Positions 27,833 to 34,825 of a stretch of DNA of 64,000 bases are shown piece by piece (position 1 is the first letter of the stretch; every line of letters starts with the position of its first letter). Both the position numbers and the translations under genes were made by a program. Where the stretch lies: contig JACOYE010000008.1 of NCBI GenBank assembly GCA_016182045.1, positions 502 through 64,501 of the forward strand, given 5' to 3'. This DNA is from Candidatus Microgenomates bacterium (GTDB taxonomy: Bacteria > Patescibacteriota > Microgenomatia > Daviesbacterales > UBA10151). Under the pieces are notes generated by a model. It worked only from the letters and a program-made list of their open reading frames with translations, had not been told where the DNA came from and made no database searches.

Positions 27833-28849
27833 TCAATCTAAAACTTCCTTTAACTGATCTTGCTTAATAGCATTCTTAATCTCCCTTGCAATACGTCTTC
27901 CAGTACTCATTGGTTCTTTATAAAGTAAATAAGTATACGGTGAACCATTAATAAAAAAGTTTGTTCCAGCCACAATTCTTGCTGAAATTTCAATCACATA
28001 AATTTCCTCCGATGAAGTTATAATGGTCTCCAAACAAAATGGGCCAAAAAGTCCTTTTGGTGGTATCAGTCTCTTTGACACATCAATCACTCTGTCTGCC
28101 ATAGCCACAGCCTCTGCAAGCATTGATTCCCTTACAGCCATGGGGATATTGGCAACAACTTCAAAGGTTGGTTCTATACTAATTCCTCGCTGATTTTTGG
28201 CAGGAATTCGACCTAGCGAATCAACATTGGTTTCATATCTTTTATCAACACTCATAAGCTCCACTTTTTTGCTTAATGGTGAATAAAAGAAATGAAAATA
28301 AACCGGCACTCCAATTACATACTCTTGTACCATAAACCTTTCTTCGCTAAAGGTTTTGAGTTTTTCATCTAACTCTTTTTGATTTCTGGCAGTAAAATAT
28401 CCTTTTCCTCCTGCTGCCCCATATGATTTCACAATTACTGATCTATCAATTTTATCTCCTTTTCTAAACTTGTGTGGTACTTTAATACCAGATTTTTCCA
28501 TCCATTCCCTTTGCATTTTTCTATTCTCTTCCCAATCCAATACAGCCTTATTTCCAAAATAGGCAACTTGCATTTTTTTATTTTCATCCATCCCCAAATA
28601 TGCAACAAATGATCCGTGTGGAATTATTATTGAATTTCTTTTTATGAGACCTTTCTCAAGATTGGGAAAATCAGACCACTTATCAATCAATAAAATATCG
28701 TCAATAAAATTATCATAAGAAGAATAAAGTGTTTTTCTATCCGGAGTACAAACAACAGCGGTTTTAAAACCCTCATCTTTTGCGCCTTTGAGGATTTGTA
28801 AGGCGGAGTGAGATCCTAAAGTGACAATGGTTATGTTCTTAATTCCCAT
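27833..28849 (-). CDS. purP: archaeal-type PurP-family ATP-grasp enzyme, paralog 2
   Basis: N-terminus ITIVTLGSHSALQILKGAKDEGF; 338 aa; about 35% identical to paralog 1 by eye. Confidence 0.65.
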   Translation of the reverse strand: MGIKNITIVTLGSHSALQILKGAKDEGFKTAVVCTPDRKTLYSSYDNFIDDILLIDKWSDFPNLEKGLIKRNSIIIPHGSFVAYLGMDENKKMQVAYFGNKAVLDWEENRKMQREWMEKSGIKVPHKFRKGDKIDRSVIVKSYGAAGGKGYFTARNQKELDEKLKTFSEERFMVQEYVIGVPVYFHFFYSPLSKKVELMSVDKRYETNVDSLGRIPAKNQRGISIEPTFEVVANIPMAVRESMLAEAVAMADRVIDVSKRLIPPKGLFGPFCLETIITSSEEIYVIEISARIVAGTNFFINGSPYTYLLYKEPMSTGRRIAREIKNAIKQDQLKEVLD

Positions 28850-28868
28850 GATTTATTATATAAAATAG

Positions 28869-30182
<1,314 letters not shown>

Positions 30183-30199
30183 AACTCTTATCATTTTAC

Positions 30200-30514
30200 T
30201 CATAAGACAAGGTAATATCCCATTAAAAGCAATACGGTTGAAAATATAACTAAGATACCATAAAATCTCCTTCTATCATTTGATTCTTTGATCCATATTG
30301 CAACAATTACTCCGGATAAAATCCCCATAATGAGACTAGTAATCCAATAGAAGATCACAACAGTCATTACACCAATAGGTCCGAAAACTCCGAATATAAA
30401 AAAGAAGTTTACCTTTAAAATAAGAGTTCCCAATACTGTTAAACTTATCCAGATCCCAAGAACTATTAATATTTTAAGCAGTTTAATTATTAAATTATCT
30501 TTCATTTTATACAA
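30200..30514 (-). CDS. small membrane protein (104 aa, three predicted transmembrane segments)
   Basis: Hydrophobic ORF adjacent to the cassette insertion region. Confidence 0.4.
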   Translation of the reverse strand: MYKMKDNLIIKLLKILIVLGIWISLTVLGTLILKVNFFFIFGVFGPIGVMTVVIFYWITSLIMGILSGVIVAIWIKESNDRRRFYGILVIFSTVLLLMGYYLVL

Positions 30515-30537
30515 TATTTATTTTAACAGAAATATTA

Positions 30538-30579
30538 AATTATTCCCATTCCATAGTGGCTGGGGGGTTTGGTGAATTA
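30538..30579 (-). repeat. decayed copy A of the guaA 3' end (on the minus strand it would encode ...SPNPPATMEWE*)
   Basis: About 85% identical over 38 nt to the true guaA 3' end at 31864-31900. Confidence 0.6.
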
Positions 30580-30665
30580 AGTTATTACTTTCAAATTTGG
30601 GATATGATCAAAGTGCTTTTTAACCTGGATTTTTTCCTTGCAGGAAATCTATAATTACATCTGAA

Positions 30666-30947
30666 TCAAGGAGATATTGCATGTTTGTGAGGTAGCAACT
30701 TCATACTTTCTCTTAATTTTCTTGCTTCCTTTGCAATTAAATCGCCCTCTTTTCCCCTCCAGATTCCAGCCCATTTTAAAGGGTTCCTTTTTTTATTTAT
30801 TTTATCTTTTTCTTCTTTAACTGAAACTAATTTAACCATAGGTTTCCCCATTTTCTCGATAACAACTGTATCTCCCTTATAGTAAACTAAATTTAATAGC
30901 TCTCCTAATCTTGTTCTTGCTTCATACGCTGAAACCGTTTTTGTCAT
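30666..30947 (-). CDS. Phd/YefM-family antitoxin (orphan; no cognate toxin ORF downstream)
   Basis: TVSAYEARTRLGELLNLVYYKGDTVVIEKMGKPMVKLVSV matches the Phd/YefM N-terminal fold. Confidence 0.6.
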   Translation of the reverse strand: MTKTVSAYEARTRLGELLNLVYYKGDTVVIEKMGKPMVKLVSVKEEKDKINKKRNPLKWAGIWRGKEGDLIAKEARKLRESMKLLPHKHAISP

Positions 30948-31014
30948 AATTAAACAAATTGTATAAATTGATTAACTTGATTAAATCATTATTACTCAGG
31001 TATGTCAAGTACTA

Positions 31015-31049
31015 CTCCCACTCCATAGTGGCCGGGGGTTTGATGGTAA
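31015..31049 (-). repeat. decayed copy B of the guaA 3' end (would encode ...ITIKPPATMEWE*)
   Basis: CTCCCACTCCATAGTGGCCGGGGGTTTGATGGTAAT aligns to the guaA terminus. It abuts the vapC stop. Confidence 0.6.
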
Positions 31050-31442
31050 TTAATAATTCTGATAGAACTTTTGTAAGTTTTCATCAAAGGTTAAAAATTC
31101 ATCAGGTTTAATTCTTTGTAACTGGGCGGCAATCACTGAATCAGTAAACTTAATATTGACCATTTTAAATATATTAACTGCTTGCTGCATATCTGGTTTA
31201 TTTTCAAGGATTATCCCATCCAGGGCCAGTAGTTCTTGAAAAAAATCTATAATATTTTCCTTTGGTTCCTTATAAAAAGATCTGAGGACCCATTCAACTT
31301 CCGGAAATACTACTTGAGGAATAAAAATCTGTATCTTTCCATTTGTGCAATCCGCAAATAGTTTCTTCACCACATTGAATCTGGGATGTCTTTTTAACTT
31401 AAAGTCCAATAATACATTTGTATCTATGGCTACAATTTTCAT
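31050..31442 (-). CDS. vapC: PIN-domain toxin (VapC family)
   Basis: MKIVAIDTNVLLD... with conserved PIN acidic residues; 4-nt overlap with the upstream antitoxin gene. Confidence 0.75.
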   Translation of the reverse strand: MKIVAIDTNVLLDFKLKRHPRFNVVKKLFADCTNGKIQIFIPQVVFPEVEWVLRSFYKEPKENIIDFFQELLALDGIILENKPDMQQAVNIFKMVNIKFTDSVIAAQLQRIKPDEFLTFDENLQKFYQNY

Positions 31443-31753
31443 TTCTTGAATTTAATACGATATAATTTGGCGTTTTTACGTTGAGTTAATTTATCATAAT
31501 CAGAAACCAGTTCTTGTGCAGCCAACCTCTCTGTTTCCTCTCTAATCTCTTTCCAGGATCTACCATCATCTAAATGAGCTAAACTGCCTGCAAATTTCAT
31601 AATATTAGATTTTCTCCTGGGTCTGCCTACAAAACTACCATCTGGTATGGGGAAAATATCAATTTTAGTTCCTTTTTTTAAACCCAGTCTTTCTCTAACG
31701 GGTTTAGGGATAGTAATTTGAGCTTTAGAAGTGAGAGTCGTAGTTAGATTCAT
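31439..31753 (-). CDS. vapB: AbrB/MazE/SpoVT-type swapped-hairpin antitoxin (VapB-like)
   Basis: SKAQITIPKPVRERLGLKKGTKIDI matches the AbrB-fold DNA-binding domain. Confidence 0.7.
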   Translation of the reverse strand: MNLTTTLTSKAQITIPKPVRERLGLKKGTKIDIFPIPDGSFVGRPRRKSNIMKFAGSLAHLDDGRSWKEIREETERLAAQELVSDYDKLTQRKNAKLYRIKFKK

Positions 31754-31774
31754 ATGGATTTATTATAGCATATC

Positions 31775-31843
31775 TTACTTTCGCAAGAAAGAGTTTACTT
31801 TTTTGTCAACCTCCTTACTTTCGTAAGAAAGAGAATACTTTTC
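31775..31843 (-). promoter_or_regulatory. two 29-bp direct repeats (CTTACTTTCG[C/T]AAGAAAGAG..TACTTTT), each holding a CTTTC-GNAA-GAAAG hairpin, overlapping a TGcTATAAT -10 box upstream of vapB; putative operator
   Basis: DR1 is at 31775-31803 and DR2 at 31815-31843. On the minus strand TATAAT lies about 9 nt upstream of the vapB ATG. Confidence 0.4.
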
Positions 31844-31863
31844 AATATAAAGTAGGGCTAGTT

Positions 31864-33381
31864 TTATTCCCATTCCATTGTTGCCGGGGGTTTGGTGGTG
31901 ATGTCATAAACTACCCGGGAAACTCCTGGGACTTCATTAACTATTCTGGATGAGATTTTCTGCAAAATCTCATACGGCAGTTTAGACCAGACAGTTGTCA
32001 TCACATCTTTGGACTCAATAATTCTTACTGCCATAACTTCTAAGTGGGCCCGCTCATCCCCTTTGACAGCCGTACTTTTGGTATTTGTTAAAATTGCAAA
32101 ACTCATATAAACTTTGCCATAAAGCTCGGCTTTTTTGATTTCCTCTAAAACAACTGCATCTGCCTGTTGCTGTCTTTCCAAACGCTCCTTTGTTACCTCC
32201 CCAATAATCCTGATTGCTTGACCCGGACCTGGAAAAACTTGTTTGAAGACAACTTCTTTTGGTAACCCCAATTTTTCTCCAATTAACCTAACTTCATCTT
32301 TATAAAAATCCCGCAAGGGCTCAAGAAGTTCCAAGTTCATCTCATCAGGCAATCCCCCCACATTATGATGCGATTTAATCTTATCTGCTTTTTTGGTCCC
32401 TTTACTTTCAATCACATCAGAATAAATTGTTCCCTGGGCCAAAAACTTTACCCCTTTTAACTTTTTTGCTTCTCTTTCAAATAATTCTATATAGATTTTG
32501 CCAATGGTTTTTCTTTTTTCCTCCGGATCCGTAATACCTTTGAGGGCTGAAAGAAATTCCTTCTCTGCCTCAACAATGATCGGGGTAATTTTTAAATGTT
32601 TTTGGAAAATTTGTAAAACTTCCTCTTTAGTTCCTACCCTCATCAGTCCGCTTTCAATATAAATGGGATATAAATTTTTGCCAATGGCTTTTCCAATAAG
32701 AGTTGCTGCGACAGTTGAGTCAACACCTCCAGAAACAGCACAGATAATTTTGTTATTTCCCACCCTTTCTTTGATATCTTTAATAACCTTTTTAATATCA
32801 ATCTTTTTTTTGGAAATCTTAAGTCCGCAAATATTTTGGGCAAAGTTTATCAGTATTTCGTTACCAAAAACAGTATGATCTACCTCAGGATGAAACTGGA
32901 CCCCAAAAATCTTTTTGTCTAAATTTGCTACAGCTGCTGCTTTAACATTTTCAGTACTTCCCAAATATGTAAACCCTTTAGGAATAGTTACTACGCTGTC
33001 ACCATGACTGACCCAGACAATGGAATTATTCTCCACACCTTGTAGGATAATTCCTTCATTTATGATATTAAGATTTGCCGGCCCATATTCTTTATGTCCC
33101 CCAACTACTTTCCCTCCTAAAAGATGGGCAGTCAGCTGCCAACCGTAACAAATACCAAGAATTGGAATTCCCAAACTAAAAATTTTTTTATCAATAGTAG
33201 GGGCGCCTTTTGCATAAACAGAAGCCGGCCCTCCGGAAAGAATAATCCCTTTTGGCTTAAACTTCTTAATCTCGGAAAGAGCATCTTCAGGCTGGATAAT
33301 AGTCACAGCAATGCCGTGATCCCGCAACCTTCTGCCAATCAAATGACAAGTTTGTGATCCAAAATCAACTATAATAATCAT
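31864..33381 (-). CDS. guaA: GMP synthase (glutamine-hydrolysing)
   Basis: N-terminal GATase (IIIVDFGSQ...GICYG), ATP-PPase SGGVDSTV and C-terminal ...KPPATMEWE. Confidence 0.9.
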   Translation of the reverse strand: MIIIVDFGSQTCHLIGRRLRDHGIAVTIIQPEDALSEIKKFKPKGIILSGGPASVYAKGAPTIDKKIFSLGIPILGICYGWQLTAHLLGGKVVGGHKEYGPANLNIINEGIILQGVENNSIVWVSHGDSVVTIPKGFTYLGSTENVKAAAVANLDKKIFGVQFHPEVDHTVFGNEILINFAQNICGLKISKKKIDIKKVIKDIKERVGNNKIICAVSGGVDSTVAATLIGKAIGKNLYPIYIESGLMRVGTKEEVLQIFQKHLKITPIIVEAEKEFLSALKGITDPEEKRKTIGKIYIELFEREAKKLKGVKFLAQGTIYSDVIESKGTKKADKIKSHHNVGGLPDEMNLELLEPLRDFYKDEVRLIGEKLGLPKEVVFKQVFPGPGQAIRIIGEVTKERLERQQQADAVVLEEIKKAELYGKVYMSFAILTNTKSTAVKGDERAHLEVMAVRIIESKDVMTTVWSKLPYEILQKISSRIVNEVPGVSRVVYDITTKPPATMEWE

Positions 33382-34181
33382 TTTCCCTCCTTTGCAAACT
33401 TTATCATATCTTCAAATATAAAAGCTCCATGAGGTTTAATTATTTTCTCTCTTCTCCAGTTGGGGTATTGGGTAACATCAACAAACTTTTCCGGATGTGG
33501 CATCAATCCTAATACTCTTCCAGAAGGATCAGTCACTCCAGCGATAGCATTTAAAGATCCGTTTGGATTCTCAGGATATTTTTGTGTGGGATTGCCTTGC
33601 TCATCAACATACCTAAAAGTGACCAGATTCTCATCTTCAATTTTTTTAATAATTCCGGGACTAGAGAAAAATTTACCTTCTCCATGATTTACTGAAAACC
33701 AACCCACTTGATTATTTTCTTTTAAAAATACACAGTTACTTTTATTACTCTTTATTCTTACCCATCTGCATTCAAAATGTCCACTACTATTTGCGGCCAA
33801 AGTGGCATCCATTTTGCCTAAATTTCCAAAAGGCAAAAGCCCGGTTCTTATTAAAACCTGAAATCCATTACAGATTCCGATAATTAATCCCCCTCTTTTT
33901 CTAAAATTTTCTATTTCCTCTCTTAAAAAACTTACTAGCTCAATTGCCCAAATTTTTCCGGATGCCACATCATCTCCATAAGAAAATCCTCCAGGCAAAG
34001 CCAGAATATGAAAATCTTTCAGAGTTTTGGATTTGTTCCTTAACTCATTAACATGAACAAACTGTGGACTCCCCCCAAACTTTTTAAAAGCATAAAAAAG
34101 TTCATTATCACAATTAGTCCCATCAGATTGTAGTATACAAACATTTACTTCTCGCCCTGAGCGAAGTCGAAGGGTTTTCAT
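33378..34181 (-). CDS. purQ: phosphoribosylformylglycinamidine synthase glutaminase subunit (PurQ), with an 11-aa repeat-derived N-terminal insert
   Basis: GTNCDNE...LPGGFSYGDD class-I GATase. Residues 3-13 (TLRLRSGREVN) are encoded by a copy of the GC-rich repeat. Confidence 0.85.
   Translation of the reverse strand: MKTLRLRSGREVNVCILQSDGTNCDNELFYAFKKFGGSPQFVHVNELRNKSKTLKDFHILALPGGFSYGDDVASGKIWAIELVSFLREEIENFRKRGGLIIGICNGFQVLIRTGLLPFGNLGKMDATLAANSSGHFECRWVRIKSNKSNCVFLKENNQVGWFSVNHGEGKFFSSPGIIKKIEDENLVTFRYVDEQGNPTQKYPENPNGSLNAIAGVTDPSGRVLGLMPHPEKFVDVTQYPNWRREKIIKPHGAFIFEDMIKFAKEGK
34149..34175. repeat. GC-rich repeat copy (CTCGCCCTGAGCGAAGTCGAAGGGTTT) inserted in frame after codon 2 of purQ
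   Basis: Near-identical to the inner unit at 35891-35917 in purL; GC-rich relative to its flanks. Confidence 0.6.
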
Positions 34182-34825
34182 AAGTTTTTAATATCTTCTA
34201 TAGATAATTCATCAAATGCACTAATGACTCGATCAGCATTTTGCAGCTTATCTTTTGTCACACTTGTTGCTATGGCAATGCATTTCATACCTGCAGCTTT
34301 GGCTGCCTTTATTCCGCTTGGTGCATCTTCAATAACTAAACAGTCCGATGATGAAATTCCAAGTTTTTTAGAAGTTAACAAAAATATCTCAGGATTTGGC
34401 TTACCTTGTTTAACTTCATCACCTGAGACCACTGCACTAAATTTTTCCTTAATAGAAAGACTGCTGAGAATAATCGAGATAAACTTCTGGTTTGTTGAAG
34501 AAGCGAGTGCTAGGGGATATCCATGTTTTTGAAGTTTCTCAATAAGATCAAGTGAGCCTGGTACAAGAGGGATAGATTTATCCGAAAGTTTTTTATACAC
34601 TATTTCCCATTTCTTTTTTCTCAGTTTCTCAATATCTTTTATAAGATGGCGTTTTGCCATATCTTTAAACATCTCTGTATCCTTCCAGCCAGAGTAACTG
34701 TTTATTATTTCCTCAGGTGTTATATGAATTCCAATAGTGGCAAAGACTTGGCTTTCTGCCCCAGATTGAATCGCTTCTGTTCTGGTAATAACTCCATCCA
34801 TATCAAAAATTACTGCTTTAATCAT
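34178..34825 (-). CDS. HAD-superfamily hydrolase, subfamily IA (beta-phosphoglucomutase-like)
   Basis: DxDGV motif I (IFDMDGVIT) and motif IV (IEDAPSGIKAAKAAG). Confidence 0.75.
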   Translation of the reverse strand: MIKAVIFDMDGVITRTEAIQSGAESQVFATIGIHITPEEIINSYSGWKDTEMFKDMAKRHLIKDIEKLRKKKWEIVYKKLSDKSIPLVPGSLDLIEKLQKHGYPLALASSTNQKFISIILSSLSIKEKFSAVVSGDEVKQGKPNPEIFLLTSKKLGISSSDCLVIEDAPSGIKAAKAAGMKCIAIATSVTKDKLQNADRVISAFDELSIEDIKNL

